A stretch of DNA of 64,000 bases, from positions 248,122 to 312,121 of the forward strand of contig CAZWNZ010000001.1 in NCBI GenBank assembly GCA_964635715.1. The letters are read 5' to 3'. Shown here in pieces: positions 21,149 to 31,018 of this stretch (position 1 is its first letter; each line of letters opens with the position of its first letter). The translations under genes and the position numbers were made by a program. The notes beneath the pieces are model-generated. The model searched no databases and had not been told where the DNA came from. It saw only the letters and a program-made list of their open reading frames with translations. The stretch comes from an uncultured Gammaproteobacteria bacterium. GTDB lineage: Bacteria > Patescibacteriota > Microgenomatia > UBA8517.

Positions 21149-21460
21149 TTATATCCCAAGAAGCAATCTATCATATATTCTTTGCTCGTCCAAAGAATGT
21201 AAATCCAATTTCTTGCTTCTCCAAGAAATTGGAGAAAGAAAGAGCCCCATGATACTTTTTAGGTAGTCACTCCATTCGTTCATACAATACAAAAGAACTT
21301 CTTCGGGACAAGCCCTCGTCAAACATCTTTTGTTTCTTGATATGTATTCACTCATTTCATTCGAATCTAAAAAGTAAATGGGATTTGGTGAACAAAAGTA
21401 AATTTTATAGGCGGAATTGGAATACAAATACAAAAATCTGAAGCTAAATTTATTATGCAT
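21149..21460 (-). CDS. hypothetical protein or gene fragment
   Basis: 103-aa AT-rich ORF; start uncertain. Confidence 0.4.
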   Translation of the reverse strand: MHNKFSFRFLYLYSNSAYKIYFCSPNPIYFLDSNEMSEYISRNKRCLTRACPEEVLLYCMNEWSDYLKSIMGLFLSPISWRSKKLDLHSLDEQRIYDRLLLGI

Positions 21461-21625
21461 TAATACATCGTTAAAGCATTCAAATTTTCTTTCGGAGAGA
21501 GTTTGTGATAATATCGTTGCCTAGTGGAGAATTCCAATAAATGCATTCGGCAATTCTCTTTAACATTATTAATAAAACGATTCCGATTAAATCAAATTAA
21601 ATCCATAAAACTTAAGGAGGAAGAA

Positions 21626-21886
21626 ATGGGAATATTCGATAAAGTTACTATTGCGGGAGGCTTATGCTCGACTGGGTTTTGGGGTTTAATACCCGGAACT
21701 ACACTTCTTTTTAAACGCGGTTACGGAGCTGCGCTCGCTGCGGCCGAAGTGACGGTCGTGGAAATACTGTATGAGGAAGAGAAGTGTAAGGTGAAGATCG
21801 ATCAAATCGTAAGCCAGGGAGCGGCAACCAATTACAAAATTGGAGACGTTTTGGTTGCAACCTCTGACGAGCTCACCGCGGTGTAA
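21626..21886 (+). CDS. small beta-rich hypothetical protein, probable paralog of 11813-12049
   Basis: TAAGGAGG SD before ATG 21626; terminator at about 21933-21968. Confidence 0.75.
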   Translation: MGIFDKVTIAGGLCSTGFWGLIPGTTLLFKRGYGAALAAAEVTVVEILYEEEKCKVKIDQIVSQGAATNYKIGDVLVATSDELTAV

Positions 21887-21973
21887 TTTTCGATGAATTG
21901 TCAGTTTTGTAGTATTAGTTTTTTGCCCCCAAAAGGCCAACTTTGAAATTTAAGGTTGGCCTTTTTTCTTGGC

Positions 21974-24109
21974 TCAAACCCCTTTTCTTGCCCAATGCTG
22001 TCTACTGGCTGCAATAACTTTTTCTTTATTTTGATTACTTGATATAGGCAAGGGGAGGGTGGTGGAAACAAAAGGTCTGGTAATCTGTCCGTCAATCGTC
22101 ATCTTGGTAGCAATCTGGTATTTTCCAAGATTGATCAAATCCTGTGCAGTGAAAACTTCGGCAAATTCTTTATTTAAAACGTCCGCGTCGTTTGCTCCAA
22201 CAGCAAAAGTCATAACAGTACCCGCATTTCCCAAAATTGCCCTTGTCACTTCCTCAGGAATCTGAGCCATGTATTGATTGGCAAGCATGATATCGAGTCT
22301 GTACTTTCTGGCCTCACTCATGATTTTGATAAAAGATCCTGTGGCAAAGTTTTGGAACTCGTCGACATAAAGATAAAAATCCCGCCTCTTTTCCTCATCC
22401 ATAGAAACTCTGTGCATAGCTGCAAGCTGGAATTTGGTAATAAGCATGGCGCCAAGAAGAGCCGCATTGTCCTCTCCAAGCCGACCCTGAGAAAGATTGG
22501 CAAGTAAGATTTTCCCGCCGTTCATAACATCATCCAGTTTAATTGAGCTTTTGGGCTGACCTATGACGCTTCTGATGAGAGGTGAGGCAACAAACTGCCC
22601 GACTTTATTTAAAATAGGGGAAATTGCCTCTTGTTGTAATTTCTCCGGCATTTTGTCAAACTCGTTAACCCAGAAATTTTTCAAAACTTCATCTTTAAGC
22701 TCCATTTCCACTTTGGTTCTGAAAGCTTTATTAGTTAGGATTAAAGGAACATCTTTCAGTGTTGAATTCGGAACTTGTGCAAGAGTTGAAAGGGAATTGC
22801 GAAGCACATATTCCAGTCTCGGGCCCCAGGAGAAGCCGAATATTTTATTGAAAATTGAAACAATTCCGGAAACCACAAGCTCCGCCTCTTCTTTGTTGGT
22901 TACCTCCAGGGGGTTAATTACAACGGGGTAGTTGATATCTGCGGGGTTAAAATAAATAACGTCATTAATTCTATGCTTGGGAATATAGTTTAAAATAATG
23001 TCGCAAAGATCTCCGTGAGGATCGATTATGGCCAAACCGCGATCTTTCTTAAGATCATCGATAGCCATATTGGCAATAAGAGTGGATTTACCTGTACCCG
23101 TTTTTCCGATTGCCCAAATGTGACGGCGCCTGTCAATATCTTTTATACCGAAAATTGTATCCTTGTTCTTAAATACAGTCTTGCCAAAGAAATTGACATG
23201 AGCGCGTTCTTCTTCACGGGTTGTGATTGCGTTCGGAAGGTTTTCAGGAGGTTCGGATAAAACTTTTGTGCCCCAAGCAATTCCTGTCGTTTTAATTTTT
23301 TCGGAAGGTAGATGCCATAGGGTAGCTAATTCTAATATGTTTAGGATATTGTTATCGGTTACTCGCCTTAAAAGAGTATTCTTTGAAACATTTGACGAAT
23401 TACGAATCTTGAATAATGAATTATGAATAGTGGAAAAATGGTTTGCATCTGCTCTGTTGAAAACTCCAAAAGCAGAACAAAGCTCTGTTAGGTATTTCTT
23501 CGTATTGTTTACCAGGCGAATGGATGTCTTAAAACCCGGGTAAGAAATTTTCTCAGTTATTATGTTTTTGTCCGATCTTGGCTGATAAGTTCCATCCTCA
23601 TTTTTGGTACCGCAATCGGCATAAGAAGCACCTTGCGACTGCCATTTAGTACTGATTGCCTCAAGAGCTATTTGGATCAAAACAACATCAGTTGGCTCAA
23701 CTTTTGATAGAACTGAGAGGACGGAAGAAAGAGGGTCGACATCTGTAAACTTATCATAAGTAGCAATAGGATAAAAATTTCCTTTCGAAAGCTTCAGCTC
23801 TTTAATGTCCAAGTTTGTGGCCTCCGCCAGCGGGTCTGCGACTTTTTCAATAACGACAAGTGGGTAGTTGCTTTGGATTTGAGCTTCCAAAAAAGGAACT
23901 AAAGAGGGATCACAAGTTATCAAAAATCTGATTTGTTGATTTACTGAGGCTATTTCAAGAGATAGGGATAAGGATTCTGTTCCAAGAAATTTTTGGAAAT
24001 TGGAGACGCCATTAATTTGGGTTAGAGCAGAAAGAAAAGTCTTCGCTGCTTCAGGAGTAACTTCCTGATTTCTTGGAAGCTTCAAAAAAAGTGTAGTAAG
24101 CTCGGACAT
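21974..24109 (-). CDS. VirD4/TraD-like (DUF87-type) coupling ATPase
   Basis: RRRHIWAIGKTGTGKS, IIDPHGD, LYVDEFQNF, SEARKY and ANQY motifs. Confidence 0.92.
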   Translation of the reverse strand: MSELTTLFLKLPRNQEVTPEAAKTFLSALTQINGVSNFQKFLGTESLSLSLEIASVNQQIRFLITCDPSLVPFLEAQIQSNYPLVVIEKVADPLAEATNLDIKELKLSKGNFYPIATYDKFTDVDPLSSVLSVLSKVEPTDVVLIQIALEAISTKWQSQGASYADCGTKNEDGTYQPRSDKNIITEKISYPGFKTSIRLVNNTKKYLTELCSAFGVFNRADANHFSTIHNSLFKIRNSSNVSKNTLLRRVTDNNILNILELATLWHLPSEKIKTTGIAWGTKVLSEPPENLPNAITTREEERAHVNFFGKTVFKNKDTIFGIKDIDRRRHIWAIGKTGTGKSTLIANMAIDDLKKDRGLAIIDPHGDLCDIILNYIPKHRINDVIYFNPADINYPVVINPLEVTNKEEAELVVSGIVSIFNKIFGFSWGPRLEYVLRNSLSTLAQVPNSTLKDVPLILTNKAFRTKVEMELKDEVLKNFWVNEFDKMPEKLQQEAISPILNKVGQFVASPLIRSVIGQPKSSIKLDDVMNGGKILLANLSQGRLGEDNAALLGAMLITKFQLAAMHRVSMDEEKRRDFYLYVDEFQNFATGSFIKIMSEARKYRLDIMLANQYMAQIPEEVTRAILGNAGTVMTFAVGANDADVLNKEFAEVFTAQDLINLGKYQIATKMTIDGQITRPFVSTTLPLPISSNQNKEKVIAASRQHWARKGV

Positions 24110-24244
24110 ATTTCTATTATATATGGTTAATGGCTAATGGTTAATGGTTGATGGTTAAAGAATGATTGTGGAGCCTGTACCATAGATATCTAATTTCTAG
24201 ATACTTTTGATTGGCAAGGCTCCACAATGAGGAGGGGGAAATAT

Positions 24245-24406
24245 CTATGTTAAAAAAATAATTGCTATCACCGCAATCAGGATAACAATTGCCAATATGA
24301 TGCAAAAAACACCCGACCTTTTGAGTGATTTTATGAGGCACGCAATAAAAAAAATTGCGGCCAACGAAATTAAAACGGCGGCCGGGTTGAGTATTCTTCC
24401 TTCCAT
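24245..24406 (-). CDS. 53-aa two-TM peptide
   Basis: AAAGGAGG SD; MEGRILNPAAVLISL...IIFLT; not in the ORF track. Confidence 0.65.
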   Translation of the reverse strand: MEGRILNPAAVLISLAAIFFIACLIKSLKRSGVFCIILAIVILIAVIAIIFLT

Positions 24407-24417
24407 TTTTCCTCCTT

Positions 24418-24615
24418 TCAGCCAGTTTTGATTTGGTAGATTTTGTAACCCGAGCAGACTTTTACTAGAATATCATCCGTTTCCGGGCCGTGGGAACATG
24501 TGTCGGAAACAACAACCCAGTCAGGGTGTTTTTTGAGTTCTTCCTCATCCCTTTTTGTTATCTCGACCCTGATCTGACAGAATCTCCAGCTACAACCGCA
24601 TGTGATTTCTGACAC
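24418..24615 (-). CDS. small Cys-rich protein
   Basis: probable GTG start after AAGGTGG; CGCSWRFC motif. Confidence 0.55.
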   Translation of the reverse strand: MSEITCGCSWRFCQIRVEITKRDEEELKKHPDWVVVSDTCSHGPETDDILVKVCSGYKIYQIKTG

Positions 24616-24643
24616 TTTTCCAACCCACCTTTCTTTGTTTTGT

Positions 24644-24925
24644 TCAAAAAAAGATATGAACTTTATTATTAGTAGGACAACCCATGCACACGACATTTAG
24701 CCACATTCCATAACGGCTAATTTTATAGGTGAAGGTATTTCCCCGCCACTTCCGCAATCTCTCGTTCAACGTTTTTTCGAGGGATTCAATATTTTCTTGA
24801 CTGAGCACAACCATGTTGCCGTTCTCGTCATGAAATTTAAAAAATTTTTTATTGCCAGGATTCATTCTTGTACAGTATTTGATTGTGTCTGTACAACAAC
24901 AAGATCTGATGGGTATAGCTACCAT
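24644..24925 (-). CDS. small Cys-rich protein
   Basis: GAGGAGG SD; upstream TTGACT-17-TAAACT promoter. Confidence 0.7.
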   Translation of the reverse strand: MVAIPIRSCCCTDTIKYCTRMNPGNKKFFKFHDENGNMVVLSQENIESLEKTLNERLRKWRGNTFTYKISRYGMWLNVVCMGCPTNNKVHIFF

Positions 24926-25146
24926 TTTCTCCTCCTCTTTTAATTTTTAGGTACCTTCCAAAAAGCAAATTTTTTGAAATTGCTGCAAGTTTACTATTAT
25001 GGGGTAGGGAAGTCAAACTGGGTTAGTAGCTAGTGGTTAGTAGATAGGAGGCGGAGACAAAATTTGAAAAATGCACATAAGTAAAGAACAGTGAATTTAA
25101 CACTGTGGCTAACAAATCAACCTTATGTTAAAATATGCGTCGATGG

Positions 25147-25218
25147 GGGTGCGTGGCTCAGTGGTAGAGCGCGTTCCTGATAAGAACGAGGTCCATGGTT
25201 CGATCCCATGCGCACCCA
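25147..25218 (+). tRNA. tRNA-Ile(GAT)
   Basis: GGGTGCG/CGCACCC acceptor, CGTTC-CTGATAA-GAACG anticodon arm, TTCGATC T-loop; CCA not encoded. Confidence 0.97.
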
Positions 25219-25229
25219 CTAAATCTTCT

Positions 25230-25320
25230 CGTTCGGCATTTCGTTTTGCTCAATGAAAGAACGAGGTTGGGGAATGATCCTCTTTCGACAGGCTCAGGAT
25301 CATGACATGCGCACCCACCA
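25230..25320 (+). repeat. duplicated 3' half of tRNA-Ile with hairpins replacing its loops
   Basis: CGTTC...GAACGAGGT...CATGCGCACCCACCA. Confidence 0.8.
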
Positions 25321-25609
25321 ATTAGTTTAATTAGTTTTCTTCAGCGGTACCTTTCTTCCTTGGCAAAAAACACTATACACACCTTTAAAGGTCCGACCTT
25401 GTAAGGTGTGTAAAATCTAGAGTAGTCGGTTTGATTCTATTTGAATTTAGGGGTAGAATCGGGGTGTTTTCAATTTGCGGAAACAAAAATTGTCAGGAAT
25501 TATTTCCTGTTTTTATTTATCGGCTATAGCCTTGAGCGTAGTCGAAAGGTACTTTAACTTTTCAATCAAATTCATATTCAATTCTTTTTCAGAATGAGGA
25601 GGGAGAAAG

Positions 25610-25873
25610 ATGAAAACAGTAATGAGGGTAATTTGGATGGTTTTTGTGTTTTTGTTTGGGGAGGTGATTTTGATAACTATTTTAGGAGATGCTTTCTACC
25701 TCTGTTTTTATAACCACCTGGAATCTATTCCAAAAGGATTTGTCTTTTTAGGTGTGATTTTGTGGGCTCTATCAACATGGTTTTTAGTAGATGAAATAAA
25801 AAAAATGTGGAAGTGTGACCTGAAAAATACTAAGGATTATGACAAGATTTTGCCCCCAAGCTGTTTTAGCTGA
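25610..25873 (+). CDS. small two-TM protein
   Basis: GAGGAGG SD; first gene of a four-gene cassette. Confidence 0.75.
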   Translation: MKTVMRVIWMVFVFLFGEVILITILGDAFYLCFYNHLESIPKGFVFLGVILWALSTWFLVDEIKKMWKCDLKNTKDYDKILPPSCFS

Positions 25874-25885
25874 GAAGGAGAAAAA

Positions 25886-26149
25886 ATGTCTTTTTTGACG
25901 AAATTAAAAAACTGGATTGGTATTTTTTCCCTGCAAATAAAATTAGGAAAAATTACCAGAAACGTTCAGAGACTGGAACAAGAGCCAGATATTTCGCAGG
26001 GTATGTTGGGATATGCGGTATATCTGAAAAATCAAAAGGAAAAAATACTTGTCCAAATATCCAAGTTAGAGGAGGAGAATTATGGAAAAAATAACGGTTT
26101 ATTTAAACGAATTAAAGAAGAGAGAAAGCCTGATTTGTTGTCTGAATAA
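25886..26149 (+). CDS. small coiled-coil hypothetical protein
   Basis: AAGGAG SD. Confidence 0.7.
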   Translation: MSFLTKLKNWIGIFSLQIKLGKITRNVQRLEQEPDISQGMLGYAVYLKNQKEKILVQISKLEEENYGKNNGLFKRIKEERKPDLLSE

Positions 26150-26405
26150 TGTTTCCTGGGGAGAAGGATACCACTCAAAGACAGCTTTCGGCAAATCCGA
26201 ACGGGTATCTTTTCCGGGGGACACAAACCTTTATTGGTGGGCTTTGGTTAATGATCTTGGTGCCATGGTTTTTGGTGTTCTCGAAGAAAGAACAGATAAA
26301 ATCATTATTATTGCCAACTGTGATCTTTCGGTTCGGCAAAAACTAATGGATGTCTTGGCCAATGTCTTTAAGGCCCCAGTTTTTTCAACCATAACGATAA
26401 ATTAG
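26082..26405 (+). CDS. hypothetical protein
   Basis: GAGGAGG SD. Confidence 0.7.
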   Translation: MEKITVYLNELKKRESLICCLNNVSWGEGYHSKTAFGKSERVSFPGDTNLYWWALVNDLGAMVFGVLEERTDKIIIIANCDLSVRQKLMDVLANVFKAPVFSTITIN

Positions 26406-26413
26406 GAGGAAAG

Positions 26414-26500
26414 ATGAGAAAAAATATCGGAAAGATTATCGCATGGTTTGTTGTGATTTTGTTCACCCTTTGTGCGATAGGTTCACTGCTTTTGTTCTAA
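26414..26500 (+). CDS. 28-aa single-TM peptide MRKNIGKIIAWFVVILFTLCAIGSLLLF
   Basis: AGGAGG SD; terminator at about 26537-26570. Confidence 0.6.
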   Translation: MRKNIGKIIAWFVVILFTLCAIGSLLLF

Positions 26501-26628
26501 AAGATATTTGATTGAAATTGTTGGGTAGTAGGCGGGAGCCGATCTTTGTAAAAAGACCGGCTCTTTTTTTGGCAAAATTACTCTTACATTAGAAGGGTGA
26601 AATCACACAGATTTATAATTTGTTGGTC

Positions 26629-26657
26629 TTGACGCCCAAATCCATTCAGGATATAAT
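26629..26657 (+). promoter_or_regulatory. sigma70 promoter of the tRNA-Ala-23S-5S unit
   Basis: TTGACG-17-TATAAT. Confidence 0.8.
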
Positions 26658-26814
26658 ACGCTTACCTTGAAAAAGGTAAATCTTTTGAGTTCGGAATTTT
26701 TAATGAGAATCAACTTAATTTCTAAAAAACAAAGCGCGGCCCTGCGTGGTTAACGGAAATTAGTATCTTCTTTTTGAATTTACCGGCTCAAAAGCCGGTT
26801 TATTTTTTGTCAAA

Positions 26815-27057
26815 ATGAAACACCTGTCCGACAAAGAAAAACTGGAAGCACTTTACATAAAGATAAATGAGGCTGAAACTAAATATCGGGAACGTCTGAA
26901 AAACTTCAGAGGTGTCCCGCACGAATCAGCCATGGGTGAACTTAATTTTTCCGAGCTTAAGGTTCGTGAAGATTTTGTTCGCTCTCTGAGGGAAGAGATC
27001 TCGCAATTAGAGAAAAAACTGGGACTGTCTACAAAATTGTCTCCGCATTTTCCCTAA
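26815..27057 (+). CDS. 80-aa coiled-coil protein in the 23S leader region
   Basis: heptad-like charged ORF ending 7 nt before tRNA-Ala. Confidence 0.65.
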   Translation: MKHLSDKEKLEALYIKINEAETKYRERLKNFRGVPHESAMGELNFSELKVREDFVRSLREEISQLEKKLGLSTKLSPHFP

Positions 27058-27064
27058 TAGGTGA

Positions 27065-27137
27065 GGGCTCGAAGTTTATCTGGCTGAACACCTCATTTGC
27101 AATGAGGAGGTAGGCGGTTCGACCCCGCCCGAGTCCA
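27065..27137 (+). tRNA. tRNA-Ala(TGC)
   Basis: GGGCTCG/CGAGTCC acceptor with G3-U70; CCTCA-TTTGCAA-TGAGG anticodon arm. Confidence 0.96.
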
Positions 27138-27170
27138 CAAAATTTTTGAGTAGTGGAATATACCGCCACG

Positions 27171-27213
27171 GGGCTTAAAGGTAACTAAGTAGGTTCGATT
27201 CCTACTAAGTCCG
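27171..27213 (+). ncRNA. armless tRNA-Ala-like minihelix
   Basis: GGGCTTA/TAAGTCC acceptor with G3-U70, 11-nt linker, GTAGG-TTCGATT-CCTAC T-arm. Confidence 0.65.
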
Positions 27214-27697
27214 CATTAATTCTGTTAGCGCAGAATTCTAGAACGTTAAAATTTGAAGATTTAAGGTTTTTTTAAAATGTGTAGGTAAGTGATAGGGAAT
27301 TTTAGATGAAGAAGTTTTATATTTCTTTTATCTTTTACCCTTTATCTTTTACCTATTATTAGAAGAGGAAGGTCGCGTCCCAAACTCGAATTTATTCGAG
27401 TTGTGTGGGATCGCAAGTAAACAACGCAGACAGTGAATGCCTTGCTTTTCGTCTCCGAAGAAGGACGTACATAGCCACGAAAGTCGCCGGTTAGCTGCTA
27501 CGAAGCTTTGACCCGACGGTGTCCGAATGGGGAAACCCATCCCGCTTTGCGGGATATCTTGAGGCCAAAATGTTGACGCAAGTTAATATATAACTTTAAG
27601 TATGGAAACCACCTGAACTGAAACATCTAAGTAAGGTGAGGAATATAAATCAACGAGATTCCGCCAGTAGCGGCGAGCGAAAACGGAACAGTCTAAA

Positions 27698-27843
27698 CCA
27701 TTGTGCATAGCACAAGGAATGTCACACAAATAAATACCAATAAACCAATAAATACCAATTTACAATGGAAACATTTAGAATTGGGCATTGGTGCACATTG
27801 GTACTTATTTGAAATTTGGCGTTTCCTGCGCTGTGCAGGATGG
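27698..27843 (+). other. IVS-like hairpin expansion in 23S domain I, homologous to the 16S insert
   Basis: shares CACAAGGAATGTCACACAAATA, CAATGGAAACA and periodic arms with 18442-18586. Confidence 0.85.
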
Positions 27844-28029
27844 GGTTGTAGGACTCTAATGTGAGATCTCTATTTTAGTAGTAGAACAGTCTGGAATGGC
27901 TGATCAAAGAAAGTGAAAATCTTGTATACAAAACTAAAATAGGCTCTAGGAGTATCCTAAGTACCACGGAACACATATTCTGTGGGAATCCGGGGGAACC
28001 ATCCTCCAAGACTAAATAAGACGAAAGAG

Positions 28030-28066
<37 letters not shown>

Positions 28067-28656
28067 CTGAGTGAGACACTCAATGAAATAGAACCTGAAA
28101 CTGTTTGCGGTCAAACCGTGAGAGCTGGTCGTAAGACTGGTGATCGCGTGCCTATTGAAGAATGAGCCGGCGAGTTTTCAGTTACTTCTTATGTCTAACT
28201 CCAATTTGGAGGGAGGCGAAGGGAAACCAAGTGTGAATAGCGCGTTTGGAGTAACTGGAAGACCCGAAACTGGGTGAGCTAACCATGAGCAGGGTGAGCT
28301 CCGATGAAAATCGGAGGGAGGCCCGAACCCGTTGTCGTTGTAATGACATGGGATGACTTGTGGTTAGGGGCAATATACTTATCGAACCCAGAGATAGCTG
28401 GTTCTCCCCGAAAGGTCTATGGGGACCGTGGTCCGTCACGTTCTGCTGGTTGTAGAGCACTGGCTGGGTTGGAGAGCGCAAGCAATTCAATCTAATCAAA
28501 CTCCGAATACTAGTGTGAGCTATCGGACTAAAAAGCCGCATCGGGCTAAGCTGATGCGACGAAAGGGAAACAACCCTTGACTCTCAGTTAAGGCCTCTAA
28601 ATTACATCTAAGTTTGAAAGGAAGTTTTCTTTCTCAGACAGCCAGGAGGTTGGCTC

Positions 28657-28694
<38 letters not shown>

Positions 28695-28755
28695 TGGTCG
28701 ATTGAGAGGATGCGCCTAAGATTTATCGAGGATAAGATGTATGCCGAAGCTAGAG

Positions 28756-28889
28756 ATATCCGTGCCTTGCACAGGAATGATTAATAAATACCAATAAACC
28801 AATAAGTATCAATCTCCAATTAAAACTGGAATTGGGAATTTGGAATTGGATTATTTGTAATTTGTCATTCCCGTGCAGAGCGCGGGTGT
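28756..28889 (+). other. IVS-like hairpin expansion at about 23S helix 45, same family
   Basis: lies between CCGAAGCT and GGTAGGGGAGCGTT; AATAAATACCAATAAACCAATAA shared with the 27698 insert. Confidence 0.85.
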
Positions 28890-30263
28890 GGTAGGGGAGC
28901 GTTCCAATTGCGGTGAAGGTGAACCGGAAGGTTTGCTGGAGCGGTTGGGAGTGAGAATGTCGGCTTGAGTAGCGTACAATACTAGTGAGAATCTAGTACG
29001 TCGAATGTCCAAGGTTTCCACTGCAAGATTCGTTCACAGTGGGTTAATCGGTTCCTAAGGCGAGGCCAAATGGCGTAGTCGATGGACAATTGGTTAAAAT
29101 TCCAATATATGTGTTAAATCGAAAGATCCCGCAAGGGATGAGCTAGGGATTGACTGAGCAGGAGTTTTGAAGCTTTTTCGTGAAGTAGAGTGCAGAAATC
29201 GAAGTAGTTCTGACTGGAAAATCCGTCAGAATGTTTAATTAAGATGGTGCAAAGTTCTCCGCGAGGAGGGCGATTTCAAACGCTTCAGCTTACAAGAAAA
29301 GATTCGTAGCGAGAGTTAACATATGCCGTACCGCAAACCAACACAGGTGGACTGGGGGAGCACCCTAAGACGATCGAGAGACAAATCCTCAAGGAACTCG
29401 GCAAAAAAACTACCCGTAACTTAGGGAAATGGGTTGTCCAGCGCAAGCTGGATTGCAACTAAAGTTTATTGGTCGACTGTTTATCAAAAACACAGGCCCG
29501 TGCAAAAGCGAAAGCTGAAGTATACGGGCTGACGCTTGTCCAGTGCCGGTAAGTTAAGAGGAGGGGTGTTCTGAACTTGTTTCAGGATGCTCTGAATTTA
29601 AGCTCCGGTGAACGGCAGCAGTAACTATAACTGTTCTAAGGTAGCGAAGTTCCTTGCCAGGTAAGTTCTGGCCCGCATGAATAGCGTAACGAGCTAATAA
29701 CTGTCTTGAGGGTTTACTCGGCGAAATAGCGATGGCTGTGAAGACGCGGCCTACTTCCACATGGACAAAAAGACCCCGTGGAGCTTTACTGCAGGTAGAT
29801 ATTGCTTTCATATTTTTTGATTGTCTAGAATAGGTGGGAGCCGCAAGGCGATCTTGTAATACCACTCGTTGAGAAATGTGAGGCTAACTCAATTCCGATG
29901 GAAACTCGGAAGAGGAACGTGTTTGCCGGGCAGTTTTACTGGGGCGGTACCCTGCCAAATTGTAACGCAGGGACGCAAAGGTTGGCTTTCTACCGATGGA
30001 AACGGTAGTTTTAAGCGTAAAGGTTTAAGCCAGCTTGACTGCGAGGGAGATGTCCCGAGCAGGTACGAAAGTAGGTCTTAGTGATCCTCCGAAGCACAAT
30101 GGGTGTGCTCGGAGCTTAATGGATAAAAGCTACCCCGGGGATAACAGAGTAGTCGCGCCCGAGCGTCCATAGCGACGGCGCGGTTCGCTACCTCGATGTC
30201 GGCTCATCACATCCTGGCGCTGAAGAAGGTGCCAAGGGTCGGTCTGTTCGCCCGTTAAAGTGA

Positions 30264-30301
<38 letters not shown>

Positions 30302-30428
30302 ACTCTATCCTGTGGAAGCGTTGGAATCTTGAGGAGAGCTGGGGACAGTACGAGAGGACCTCCCTGGAGGAATCCCTGGTGTGCCGGTTATTGCGTCAGC
30401 AGTAACGCCGGGTAGCTATATTCCTAAC

Positions 30429-30464
<36 letters not shown>

Positions 30465-30616
30465 TCCAAGATTAGGATTCCATATTAAATCCCCCGTAGA
30501 AGACGGGGTTGATCGGCAGGCACTGGAAGATCTGTAAGGGTTTAAGGTAACCTGTACGAATAGATTGATTCTTGCGATCCCACACATGTGGGGCGCGACC
30601 TTCCTTTTCTACGAAA

Positions 30617-30708
30617 TAGTACAGAGTACAGGAGTACATAGTACTTAGAAAAACAAAAAATCTAACGTCTTAGTCTCTGTACTTTTGTACTTTGTACTAT
30701 GTACTAGT
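30617..30708 (+). repeat. GTAC-core 7-nt periodic hairpin in the 23S-5S spacer
   Basis: four AGTAC units, then four TGTACT units. Confidence 0.85.
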
Positions 30709-30720
30709 TTCAAGGCAATG

Positions 30721-30838
30721 TTCTGGTGGTCAGTGCGAAGTGGCACCACCTGATCCCTTTCCGAACTCAGAAGTGAAACGCTTTAGCGCAGACGATAGTT
30801 TACGGGCAACTGTACGCGAAAATATGTCACCGCCAGAA
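30721..30838 (+). rRNA. rrf: 5S rRNA
   Basis: CACCTGATCCCTTTCCGAACTCAGAAGTGAAAC; TTCTGGTG/CGCCAGAA terminal helix; terminator at 30871-30897. Confidence 0.97.
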
Positions 30839-31018
30839 CATTTTCTTGAAATAAATCTTCAGATTGCTATAAACCTCGAATCAAATCGAGGTTTTTTAGT
30901 GGGAAAAAAGGCGGCCTGCCCCGACACTTTTGCCCTTGCGACGCAAACACGTAGTATTTGGGAGCAAGTAAAAACAGTGTGGGGGATTTTTTGTGAAAAA
31001 ATATACTATAATAATCTC

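Noticed and set aside
21974-24109. Conjugative element
   Set aside because: Lone VirD4-like ATPase with no relaxase, VirB4 or integrase nearby; such genes are common residents of CPR chromosomes
29563-29592. REP-like tip CTGAACTTGTTTCAG on a 23S helix (similar tip in 16S near 19601)
   Set aside because: Cannot be separated from ordinary variable helix tips without an alignment
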